Shown piece by piece: positions 26,595 through 38,900 of a stretch of DNA of 64,000 bases (position 1 is the stretch's first letter; each line of letters opens with the position of its first letter). The notes under the pieces were generated by a model. It had not been told where the DNA came from and did not search any database. It worked only from the letters and a program-made list of their open reading frames with translations. This DNA is from the human T2T-CHM13v2.0 reference genome, Homo sapiens: assembly GCF_009914755.1 (NCBI RefSeq), contig NC_060934.1; one strand, given 5' to 3'. Both the position numbers and the translations under genes were made by a program.

Positions 26595-28339
26595 TGGGAT
26601 CACATTTTGACATAAGCATCTGTGTCATTTAAGGCTTTAGAATACGCTAGCAGTGAACGCTAAGAATCATTTTGTAAATGTGTGACAAGAAGTAAATTTC
26701 TTGCACTTAAAGCTGGAAGAATGGAGAGACAACTTATTTGTAAATTAACCTTAAAGAGCTTGGAAGTTTTTCAAAAGCTGCCTAGACATGAAATAAGACC
26801 ACATCCTTCCTATCTCTAGAATTACTGAAACACCATGTAGCCCAATCAGCATAGATTTTTCCCAGAAAAATGGCTTCAAAGAGCCTCATTGTCATTTTCC
26901 CATCCCTGATTCCCAAATCATTGCACTTTCTTTAAGAACAGAAAATGTAGTTGACAATCAGATATACAGGAAGTAGTTTCTACGATAAACACCACACTTT
27001 GTGCTGGCCTTATTTCCTATGTAACAATGGTTGCTATGCTTGATGACAGGAAATATCTGCAAAAAAGTCACTGTAGGTATGCTGAATGCATAACATTAAA
27101 ATCACATTTCGTATGAATGTCCACTGCTCTGGCATGATTAGTAGTTTCCAGTTCTTTATTTTCAGTTACCTGTTTCTACTAGAACATTTCATAGACATGA
27201 CTGATGTTTTACCCTATAGTACATCAGATGATTGTCATTTAAGAACCCACTTTTAAGAGTGAGATAAAAGGTACAGTATTTGATTAAGAGCTATGTCTGT
27301 TTCCTCATTGCAGTAGGTGAGGCTTACATTCCCATCACATAATTTTGTTAATTTATGCTAAAATAAACCCTGAAATTTGACATCTGAAATAATTCCCTTA
27401 AAGAAGACTCAATACCTTAGAAAAATGTCAAATCCATGGGTCCCTTATCCTCTCTCAGGTTTGATGTTGCTCCTAAGTTCTTAGAGTTCAGTTCCTCCTG
27501 AATTTTGGGGTGCTGTCCTCAGTTCTCCTGTCCCAGGATCTCTTTCTCTGGCCTGCCTGGCTCCTCCTGTGCCTGAGGGTGCTGGTTCCCCGAGGATCTC
27601 TCCCTGGTATCCTCTGCCCCCTCCCCTGCTGGTTTCTTCACTTCTGTAGCCTCTGGGCTCCTTCTCCATCGGTGTCCATCAGTGCCCCAGGCCTACATCC
27701 CTGTCTCTCCCTACCACCCATTCTCAGAGTGACGGTCAGATTAATCACCCCCAATAATTTCTTTAATTTCATTTCATGTGCCAGGCAAGTGGGAGCTTCT
27801 GCAAGCTTTTGCAAAGACTTTTGGGAAGGGCCAGACTGCTGGAGACCTCAAGGCAGGGTAAGGATGTTTCTCTGTCCTCTCCTCAGCCTAACCTGCCTTC
27901 TTTGCGGTACTGACAGACCTCCATCCCAATGTCCACCATGGCTCTGTGAAATGCACTATTCTTTCATCCGCGTCACACTTGCTCCCGTCCTCCCCAGTTG
28001 TTCTCAGGCTTAACCCAAAAGTTTGAAACTCTCATTTTATGGCAAGTAAGGTGAACTCTACTTTTCAGAGTGAACCTCTTGCTTTACACATTACTAAAGA
28101 AATAGATGATTCACAAATATGCATGTTTTAGCCATACAGTCTTGTGATAAGGAACTGTGTTTGCTGTAGAAGCCTCCTGGGGGGCTGTGGACAGAAATCA
28201 GTTTAGGGATGTATGGGTTTTTTTGGAGTGGGGCAGAGAGGGCTGCCATCCCTCTCTGAAGCTGCCTCAATTTGACTTTTTGTTTTCTGTGCTTCATAGC
28301 ATTTAAACAATTTAACAGCTCAATTGCTTTACAAAAATA

Positions 28340-29096
28340 AAATTTATCTTGTTTTCCCATTATAAAGGTAAAACATGTATGTTATCATTTTTTTAAGTAC
28401 AAAAAATAGGCAGAAAAGAAAAAAGTCACTAATAGTTTTACTCATAGGTGAGCTCCTCGTTACATTTTTATTAATTTGTAAAGGTTAGAATTTTTAAAAA
28501 AGAAGACACGTTTTTATACACAGTATGCATTGAATCATTTAAATAAAAGATTATGTTACTTTTCTTTTTAAACAAATACTAGAATTTTGTCACATCATAA
28601 ACTCTTTATAAACATTGTTTATAGTGGCCAGGCATCATTCTAGGAAACATCATTGTGTTTGTGGCGGTAGTGCAAAGATAGCCATTGTGTTTGCGGTATA
28701 TCTACTGGGTAGATATACCAAGTTTATGAGTCTGTTCTCCTAGGTTGAACAGTTGGACTGATTTCAAACTTTTGTTTTTATTAATAACTTTGCAATGAAT
28801 CTATTTGGACATACACCGTTTTCCAAATTTCAGATTATTTCCATAGGACTGTGTCCCAGAAATGGAACTGTAGGGCCAAAGGGAAAAATAATCCAAGTCT
28901 AAAAATACATCCAACCAAAATGCTTTTGAAAAAGGACATATGTATTCCCATTAGCCCTGTAAGAAAGAATATGACTTCACTTCCTTTTGTATCTGAAAAG
29001 TTTATTTTCCCTAAGCCCCTGGGTCCTTGTGATTAGACATGTTTCTTTCTCATTGCCACCCCTTCTTGAGAGGTTAGCTAATGCTTTATTTTCATC
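28340..29096 (-). mobile_element. Ancient L1M (L1ME-like) fragment
   Basis: gttgaacagttggactgatttcaaactttt...attatttccatagg...cccagaaatggaactgtagggccaaagg typical of antisense L1M 3' region. Confidence 0.55.
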
Positions 29097-29104
29097 ATCT
29101 AGAT

Positions 29105-29623
29105 CAGTGGTCCCCAACCTTTTTGGAACCAGGGACCAGTTTCGTGGAAGACAAATTTTTCCCCAGATGGCGGAGGGAGGGGATGGTTTCAGGAGGATTC
29201 CAGCGCATTGCATTTATTGTGCACTTTCTTTCTATTATTATTACATTGTAATATACAATGAAATAATTATACAACTCACCATCATGTAGAATCAGAGGGA
29301 GCCCTGAGCTTGTTTTCCTGCAAATAGACAGTCCCATCTGGGGATGATGGGAGACAGTGGCAGATCATCAGGCATTAGATTCTCATAAGGAGTGGGCAGC
29401 CTAGCTCCCTTGCGTGCGCAGTTCACAATAGGGCTCCTGCTCCTATGAGAATTGAACCGTGCTGCTGATCTCACAGGAGGTGGGGCTCAGGTGGTAATGT
29501 GAGCAATAGGGAGCAGCGGTAAATACAGAGGAAGCTTTGTTGGCTTACCTGCCACTCACCTCCTGTGGTGTGGCCTGGCTCCTAACAGGCCACTGACTGG
29601 TACCCAGGGGCTGGGGACCTCTG
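29105..29623 (+). mobile_element. MER1A (hAT-Charlie) DNA transposon
   Basis: TIRs cagtggtccccaacc...ggctggggacctctg, 519 bp, perfect 8-bp TSD ATCTAGAT at 29097-29104 and 29624-29631. Confidence 0.92.
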
Positions 29624-29654
29624 ATCTAGATGCCAGAGAACTACATTTTGGAGG

Positions 29655-30915
29655 ATTTTTTTTTAACTTTTAGTTAAAAATAAATTCAAACACAGTAAGT
29701 TTACAAGAATAGCCCAAAGAACTCCCCATATTCACCTTCCAGAGACCCCATTCAGGTTTCTCCTTGAGTGAACTCTTTAGTGCCAAAGGATCAAGGCTCA
29801 TGCCTGCCTAGGCTCCGTCAATCTTGAACAGTTGCTTGGTCTTTGTCCTCTGTGACCTTGACAGTTCCAGAGATTACAGTCCAGTCATTCTGTCTTCTTC
29901 AATGTGTGTTTCATCAGTGTTTTACAGAGCCGCAGTTTATAATTCTGCCAGAATATCACAGGAGTGGTGCTATGTTCTTGTCACTGTAGTGCATGATATT
30001 AATTTGTGCTGTTTCCGAAGGTGGCCCCTTGGGTGACTTGATTGAGGTTGTGCCTGCTTGGTTTCTCCTTTCTAAAGTTACGCTCCCTGCCTTTCTCATG
30101 GAGGAGCACGGTGAGAGGTGACATTTTGACATTTTGGCACTACGTAAGACAGGATTCCTTAGCCCTCTTACCCACTAGCTTTGGCATCCATTGATGTCCC
30201 TTGCCTACATGAATTATTACTATGATGTTTGCCAAATGGTGATTTTCTACTTCCATAATCTCTTCTATATTTATCTGTTGGTATTCAACTGTAAGGAGCA
30301 GTTTTTTTCTTCTTAGTTATTTATTTATGTAAGTGAGTCCTTCTTTTATTCCATAAGTTATAATTCTATGTATCTATTCTATACCATAGGTTATAATCCC
30401 TTACAATTATTTTGCTGCTCAAATTGTCTCAAATTTAGCCCTTAGGAGCACTTAAAGTTACCCCTTTGACCTAACCCTAACCATCTGGTAACCCCCTAAC
30501 CCTTCTTCATTCTGCAAGTTTTTTATTTTCTGGCATTAATAGATGGTCCAGAATAACCTGTTGTTTTCTCAACACAATCCTCCATTTTCCCAAGAAGGCC
30601 AGGTTCCTTTTAGCAGAGGATGGTGTTTAGAAACCAAGATCTGGTTCTAGGTGTGCTCAGTGCTCCTGGAGTGTTGGTGCTCCCAGCCCTCTCAGTGAAC
30701 AGAACTAGAAAACATGAGTGTGTGCACATGAGCACACACAGGTAATGTATTTATGGCTGTACCTATCTACGAGATCAAATACCTCCAGTTTTAACCAGCT
30801 TCAAGGTTTACTCTAACTTCCTCCTTTTTATAATTGTCTCTTTTAAAAAAAAAACCTAGCTCCCATCATTCTTAGTATATTTTCTTATTTGATCCATTCT
30901 GGTTTTTTGCAGTTA
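29655..30915 (-). mobile_element. Ancient L1M (L1MC/ME-like) 3' fragment
   Basis: ggcatccattgatgtcccttgcctacatgaattattactatgatgtttgccaaatggtgattttct...ttcccaagaaggccaggttccttttagcagaggatggtgtttagaaaccaagatctgg. Confidence 0.65.
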
Positions 30916-31008
30916 ATTTCGTGACCTTGCAAGACTGCTGCCCCACTTGGACTCCTTCCTAGATTGGTCCCAGCTGGTATTGGCTGCCTTACAACTAGGA
31001 GAGAAGGG

Positions 31009-31135
31009 TGGAAAGAAGAAAGGAAGGAAAGAAGGAAGGAAGGAAGGGAGGGAAGGAGGGAGGGAGGAAAGAGAGAGGAAGAGAGGAAGGAAGGAAAGAG
31101 CAAAGGAAAGAAAGAGGGAGGGAAGAGAGGAAGGC
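31009..31135. repeat. (GGAA)/(GGGA)-rich polypurine tract
   Basis: About 125 bp of almost pure purines on the + strand. Confidence 0.92.
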
Positions 31136-31369
31136 AGAATGTAGTGAGTTTTAAATGTGCCAACCAGGTGCCTGCATTGCTGCTCTTGACTCAAATGTTA
31201 GGTTGCTTTTTGCTCTGTAAGCTGCTTCAAGGTCTTCACATATGTGCTTTGCAAGCATATCATTAGGAGTGTCAAAGACATTTGATACCAAGATAAATCT
31301 ATCTTTAAGAGCATGTGGCTGAAAATTTATTCACCTCCTATCTTTACTGCTGCAGAAAAGTGGCAAGCA

Positions 31370-31615
31370 TGGTGGTGGACAGTGTGTGTCTTGAAAGCCA
31401 GTCATCTAGTTTCAAACTCCTGAACTGCTGCTTCCAAGCTGCGTGAATCTGGGCAAGTCACTTCATCTCTCTGTGCCACCATTTCTTCATCTGTCAGATG
31501 GGAATAATAATCCTACCTATCCCACTAAGTTATTGTGAATATGAAATTAGTTACTACAGATGAAGACTTAGAATAACATCTAGCATGTAGTAAGCACTCA
31601 ATACATGTTAGCTTT
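31370..31615 (+). mobile_element. MIR SINE, near full length
   Basis: gctgcgtgaatctgggcaagtcacttcatctctctgtgcc...tttcttcatctgtcagatgggaataataat...gtaagcactcaatacatgttagct. Confidence 0.85.
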
Positions 31616-32137
31616 AGGTGATTATTCTTGGTGATATTGAAGATGCATGAATTATCACTCCCAGTCAACAGCAAACCAGGCTTAGTCTAGACAAGGGCTC
31701 AAGGGCAGTGTGGTTGCGGGTAGGAAAGGTTGGCTTCCTCTGCATATGATGCCACCTCCTGCCTCGCCAGGGGAGCTGCTCTCCCAACCACCAGCCCTTA
31801 ACACCTGCTGTTCCAGGACTCAGCAGGCTGCCCTCCAACTGCTCAGACAGTAAGGCTGGTGCCCTCCCCCAGCAGCACTAAACTCCCTCTGGATTACTGC
31901 CTCCAAATCCCACCCCATTCACCACAGCGCAGGGAAAGCCTTCATTTAGTCATGAGTGGCTCCTGGGGCTCTGTTCCGAAAGACACGTGTGTTTACAAAG
32001 ACCTGGCTGCAAGGGAAAAGCAACTAATGTTTGACAGAGATCTTTCGAGGTGGGGGCCTTCTGGATGTCCTTAAATTATAGGATGTAGGAGACAAAGCAA
32101 AAGATCAGGTGGCCCCAAAGAGCCTAATATTGTCACC

Positions 32138-32910
32138 TATTACGGGCCGAACTGTTTCTCCCCCAAAATTTATACATTGAAGCTCAAACCTTCAATACCT
32201 CAGAATGTGACTGCGCAGATGCCCCTCAACTTATGATAGGGTCATATCCCAGTAAACACATCATAAATGGAAAATGCATTAATCCACCCAATCTATGGAG
32301 CATCACAGCTTGGCCTGGGCCACCTTCAACGTGATAGAACACGTACATCAGCTACAGTTGAGCCAGGTTGTCTGGCAACAGAGTCCACTGTAGAGTTTCA
32401 GCTGCATCTGCTCCTGACAGCATGGCTGCCCTGGAGCTGAGACTCACTGGTGCTGCCCAGCATTGAGATAGAGTATCTCACTGCATACCCCTAGCCCAGA
32501 AAAGGATCAAAATTCAAAACCGGAGGTATAGTTGCTACTGAACGCATGTCGCTTTTGCACCAGCATAAAGGCAAACCATTGTAAGTTGGGGACTGTCTGT
32601 ATTTGGAGATATAGGGCCTTTAAAGAGGTAATGGAGGTTGAAGGAGGTCATTAGGGTGGACACTAATCCAATCTGACTGGTGTCCTTATAAGAAGAGGGA
32701 TTAGGACACCCACACAGGAGACACCAGGTGAAGACACAGGGACAAGATGGCTGTCTACAAGCCAAAGAGAGAGGCCTCAGAAGAAACCAACAACACTGCC
32801 AATACCTTGCTCTTGGCTTTCTAGCCTCTAGGACTCTACAGACTTACATTCTGTTGCTTAAGCCTCCCAGATTGTGGTGCTTTGCTGTGACGTTGGAGCG
32901 GACTCATACA
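32138..32910 (+). mobile_element. MLT1B-like MaLR LTR, split by MER47 insertion
   Basis: Left part ...aatacctcagaatgtgactg rejoins right part tatttggagatatagggcctttaaagaggtaa...gactcataca. Confidence 0.85.
32216..32599 (+). mobile_element. MER47B-like Tigger-derived DNA transposon nested in MLT1B
   Basis: Degenerate TIRs cagatgcccctcaacttatgat ... attgtaagttggggactgtctg, followed by TA. Confidence 0.8.
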
Positions 32911-35900
32911 CCACCCAACCCCCGTGTGATCTTGGTTAACTCAACATCTCTGAGCCTTGGAGACATTATCTGTACAATGAGGAGTTTGGATCCTTCTAGC
33001 TCCAATATCTTATGCCTCTGAGGATCTACCCCAAAGAGCACATAACCACTTTTATAAGAGTAATCCCTGGAAAATAAGACAGTAACTGTCCTTAGGATGA
33101 AGGCACCAAGACTTGACAGAGTGCCTTGACTAGCCACCTGCTCTCTGATTTACTAAGTTGAACTGTCCAGTGACACCATGGTGTAGCCAAAGAATTTAGC
33201 AACTACTATAAAAGAATTCATTTTCCTAATGTATTTCCTACATCCTAGCTCTAAAACCCTGGTAGTCTCACAACTGTTCTTGCTCCCCATTTTTATTTTT
33301 AACTAGTGGTCACTCAAATTTATATTATACACATGTTTAGCAACCAATTTTTCATGACAGTTATGCTATACACAGAAGCATCATGATCAGGGTGCTGTTT
33401 TAAGGGCTTGGGGTGATGAGTATTTTAGGTGCTAGTTAGTGCTCATTCTAATCTCCGTGTTCTCTAAAGGAAATAGCCACTAAACAGGAACCATCTGGTA
33501 ATGCATTCTGTACCTCTTAATTACAATGTTTTGAGTGGCACCTAAATAAATTTCATTTACAAGCACATGACTGCTTGTCAAAAGTCTGTTGATAATTTTA
33601 TTATTGTAACATACTTTCTTCCTTAATTATTTAGTTCCAGTAAAGTTAGGAATATTAATTTTTATGGAAATTACTTGTACCAACAAACCTAAGCCACAAA
33701 CCTGGTTTTATTTATGTAAATGTATTTATAAATGTATGGTAATATATCTACCCACACACCCATCACAATGGGTTCCCATGGGCCGTTCAAAACTTCTGCC
33801 CATTTTTACCCTTCAAGTGTAAAATAGAGTGGAGTCCAACACATCTTAAAATTTGGGAGTTTCTATGAGAGTCTTGCGAGGTAGAATCTTGCTCCTGTGT
33901 TCTGTCTTTGCAAACAATCCCCAGAGCCAGCTCACCCACTCTGTCCGGGCTCCGCAGACAGGTGCCTTGGTGAGCGGGAGGTTTCCACATGAACCTCTCT
34001 GAGGGATGGACAACTGCTGCGGAGACTCATGTCCACCATGAGTGTTTGGCTCATCTTATTAAGGGACACAGTGCTGGATATGGGCTTGTCGATGGGAGCT
34101 ACATTTTCAGTCAAAGGCTTTGGTGGTACAGACCCTTGAATCAGCACTTCACCTCCTGTTCATTCACCCTGTTTGATCCTAAACAAATGTGAGCGCTGTG
34201 GTTGGAGCCTGGCCTGGCGGGAATATTTATCTACACCATAAAATGCCACAAAAGTAATACTGCTGCCTCCCCAGTGAGCCATCTGGCCCAAGATGCTCTG
34301 GGCGGCCTGAAATAGCTCCTGCCTCTCCCACACCTGTGGCATCCGAGTCCAGGAAACCGCAAAGTGAATCCTGGCTCCGTCACTCACAGGAGAGGTTTCT
34401 CATCCTCTCTGTAGCTTTCTGCCACGGAAGCCCAGTGGAGTGGGGTTTAAATGTATGCCAAGTAGCATGTGTCTTTAGGAGCCCACCAGAAACCAGAGCT
34501 GGACATGCCTGTGTGTGCACTCACACACAGGTGGACACACACACGCTCCACAGTTCCCTCCAGGAGCACACCCTAGGAAAAGTCTCCAAGCCTGAAGAGC
34601 CTCTGCCTTCCCTTCCCTCACTCTGCGTGGTTCTGGGTTCCTCCTGCATGTTGGGGCTAGCAGAGGAAGAAGAGGAAGATGAGCGGCAGGCACCGAGCAC
34701 TGAGCCTGCAGTGATGGTAACGGCAGAGGGAAGAAAAGCTGCCTTGGATGCTGGCCCTGTGGGTGGGACCTTGCCTATTGCCTGGTGACCTGTGAATCAC
34801 ATGTGTCATCTTCCCCAGACCCCTGGGGTGAAACAGCCTGTCACCCGCTTGGCCCTCACCTGCTGTCCATTACAAGACAGGCAGCTTCAAGGGATGCTAT
34901 TCAGAGCAGTAGGAGGAATGCAGAGTGAGCTCCTGGGAGGTTGGGCCCAGTGGGAGCTTGTCTGAGATTGTGCTGGGGTGCCTTGTGGCTTCCGGAAGAG
35001 GTGGGATCCCGGGTCCATCCCAGTAGCTCCTCGGGACCCACTGTGCCCGGCAGGTGTGGTGCCCGGGGACCGCTGGCCAGAGCGGTCACTGCCTCCTCCG
35101 CAGGCGAGACTCACCCAGGGCAGGGCTTTCCTTCAAGATTAAAGACAAATTCCTACTTTAAAAATAAAGACAAGCTGTGTTTTGCACCTTTTGACACTTA
35201 TTAACTTAGGTCATTAAAAAGGAGGCTAATTAAAAATGAGTGAAACAAAAGAGTCATTTGTCTGGTGGGAAGCTGGCTCTTCCTGCGCTCCTCAGCCCTG
35301 GGGATGGAGCACCCCTGCTCTCTGCCTCCCTCCCTGCCCCTGCCTGCTCAGAGCCTGCTCTGCTGAAGCTATGGGCTACCTCATTATGCACCTCATAAAG
35401 GAGAGAAATCATTGTCCTCAAAATTAGCCGAAGCTGGAATTTACATTCCCTGGAAATTTTGGTTTCCTCATTGTCCTTGGAGACTTTTACTGGCTGCAGT
35501 TAAAGTAAGCGAAGTTCGATAAATGCTTAGTACTTCATTAAGACATTTGTGAGCAAACTCATTCCCATTAAGTGATATTTTACAGCCACTGGTGAAGGTT
35601 GCATGGTACTGCTTTGAAAGCACAGCCCTGTCCCTCAAAATGGCCAAAGGGGCAGCCCTGCCTTTTGGGATAAGAAAAACAAAGCTGAAAACTTTAAAAG
35701 GTTGTGTCCTGATGAAGCATTCATTTCTTCTCTTCCAGGGAAAGAGTGATTTTGCCAAGGGACTATGAGCACAGTCTTGTCTGATTGGCCTTGGCCGTTT
35801 GGTTGTTTTCTGGAGACAGGGAGAGATGGCATTGCAAGGGACTCTTGGCAATTGAGATTCTTCTGGTTTGATGTCCGTGGGTATCACGTAGCCTTTAACA

Positions 35901-38900
35901 CCTGCCTTGCTGGTGGTCAGCCTTGCCCCCACCATGCTGCCTCCAGGCCCTGAGCAGACAGGGCCTTCGATCTGGCCTTTCTCTAGCATTCCTGGCACCT
36001 TTTAAGCAAGCATCGCCTGGATTTGGGAGGGTTCCAGGGCCTGGCTGGTCTCTCTCTTCTCCTCAGTTTGGAAGTGTGTCTGACAGCAATTCCGAGGCTC
36101 TGGGACAGCCACCTACTGGCCCGGCAGAAGAGCCACACTTAGCCCTTGTCTAATTGTACCCGGATCTAGCAGGAGAGGAAGGGCGATGGGTGATCACTGA
36201 TAGAAACTCCCTGGGAAATACACTATTCAGATGCCATTACAAAACCCATTTGAAGCGTGTGCCGTTACATTAAAAATAAACCAGTGGCAACCTAGCAGTG
36301 CCAGGGAGCCACAGGGCGGCCGTGTTAGGGGCCAGGGAGGACCCAGACCCAGCCAGAGAAGGAGGAGTGGCCCTTGGCCAGGGGCTAGGAGACCTGCACA
36401 CTGGTGTCTGTAGCTCTGGGCTCCTGGACAGCTCGGGAGAGGTGGGACAGAGCGGGCAGGTCTGCCCGGAGCTTCCTGCCTCTACCCTGAGAGCACCGTG
36501 TGCTTTGGATGAAAGAGTTAATGTTGGCTACAAACAAAGCAACTGTTGCTGGTGACTTTCATTTTGTGCTGGAATCTGGCTGCCACCGCAATATCCTGCA
36601 GGAAGCAACCAGGTCCAACAAATCATTTTTGGGTTCGGGAATATAATTAACACATCAGGTCAGGCTCCGTCCTGCCAGGGGCGTGTTTATGACATTATCG
36701 CTTCCCAGACAGCTTAGGCCCATCCAGGAGACCGGCGACAGTGACTTCCTTGCCAAAGTAGCCCTTTGAGCAGCGCACTTGATACCTGTTCGTGAATATT
36801 CATGTCAATGGCAAATCATAACAGTGTGATTGTGGTTGAACTGTTCGGGGACAGGAGCTGCCGGGGAGCCACGATTGAAAGAAGACTCGCCCGCTGCCCT
36901 TCCTCCATGACAATGCGCTGGAAAATCTCCGCGGATGTGGAGGCCGTGTTTGGTTTTCTCTGTGTGTGTGTTTTCTCTAAAGCCATAAGTGCGCAACAAT
37001 GAAATCTTACTTGCAGAGATCCCCATTATGCATCGGTCCCCTGAAGCTGCTGAGATGACACCACCTCTTACAGGTGGCAGAGAGAATGCGGCAAACCCCT
37101 GAAGTCTCAAGTCACAGCAATCATCTTCAACTCCCAAATTGTCCTGGAAGGAGAGTGGCATCGGATTTGTCTTAGGCTGTTTGGCCAAACTGGGGCACAG
37201 ATGGGATAATGACTTTTACAAACAGCATTTTGATGAGAGGAGGGGAGAAGGAATCATATGTAAAATGCACAAAGGCTGCATAAACACACTGATGCCTGCA
37301 GCTGGAACAAACTAAAAAGATGTTTAATAATTTAGAACCAAGCAGGCAGGGCCTGTGCAGCTGTTGTGTGCAGGGGACCATGAAAGTCTTCCATTTGACA
37401 GCTGGCCCCATCTTTCCCCAGTTGCTACGTGAAGAAGAGAATGCAGATCTGGGATTAGCCAATCCCTGTTACCCTTGCCCATCTGCCACCAAGACCCCCA
37501 GCTCTGCCTCCCTCGCAGAAAGGCGCACACATAAAGAAGGCTGGCCTTCCCAAGCATATGCATGCGTCGCTATTAGCCGTCAGGGCCGCCCGCTCCCAGG
37601 ATCTGTTGACACGCCGCCAGTACATGGCTGCTGTCGTTTTTGCTGGAGGGCACATTTTGCATTTCACACATTTGCAGAAATACAAAATGCTGTTGGATGC
37701 AAACAATTCAGGGCCTAATTGGCTGAATTACTTCAATGTTACCTTGTGTCCCCCACCTGATTAACATAGCTCAGCTGGGAGGGCTGGGGAAGGAGGAGGA
37801 GAGAGGGATTTGGAGGGCAGGTGAAGCTGTGTTTGCCCAGGAAAGCGAGATCCTTAGCGAAGTCCCAGCTGAGTGTGGCCTGTGCCAAGCAGATAGCTGA
37901 GTGCGGGAGGGGCCGTGCAGGCTGCATTCTTCCACAGGACGCCCGGAGGAGGGGGCTCTGTGGAGGAACAATAAAATTTCAGGGCACAGAGGAGGCAGGC
38001 TGTCGGGGAGGAGCGGGGGGCAGTGCCCCTTTTGTGAGATGTCCACGGTTGTGCCATCTCGCTGTCCCTCAGGTAGGCATGGCACAAGGCAGTCAGCCGG
38101 GCCTGCTGGAGCCGGTGCCAGGAGCATGTTGCAGGCACAAAGACAAGCCTGACAAAGACGCCTGCCTGACCTGACTGCCACCTCCCCTCCTGCCCATCCC
38201 CTCTGCCCCTGCAATGTTGAATATGCTTGCTTAGATTTAAAAAAATTTCCCCAAATTTGTTTGGCTTATTTAAAAATTGAAAACCCTGCTAATTCCAATG
38301 TCACATTAATATCAGAGTGATAAAAACCACAGAGGAGTTAATGATCATTATTAGAGAATATTCTGCAGTTGTATCCTGTTATTATTAATGAGGAAGATGA
38401 GCATTTTTTCATATGTAAAAGAATTTGGGGAGCTTGGGAAGGATCTAAAAATGATAAAGCTTAAATAGATTTTCTCCAAAAGATAAACATTCTACAGTGA
38501 ATGATAGTGTTTGCATTCTTTTCAATAAATTATCTTATATCTTGGAATTTTCCCATCCAAACAACGGCAGAGAAACACTGTTGTTGACCAAATTGCCCAT
38601 GAATTGTGTTCATTTTGGGGGAGGGAAGCTTTTGTAAAATGGAATGATACCATTTTTAATTTTTTTTTTAAGTTCTGTTTTCATTTAATGTGAACATCCC
38701 AGACCAATTTTATCTACATTCTAACCTGATGCTGCCTTGGGAGCCCGCTGAGTTTTTCCTGGAAATAATCCTGTGGCTTTGGCTGCCACGGGCCATTTTC
38801 CCTGGACTTTTGGGGGGCTGGGCCAGAGCTGCACATGCCCATGCCAGCACCCGCCAGAAATGTCTTCAGGCAGCTGACAGTTTCCCTACTGCCAGTTTGG

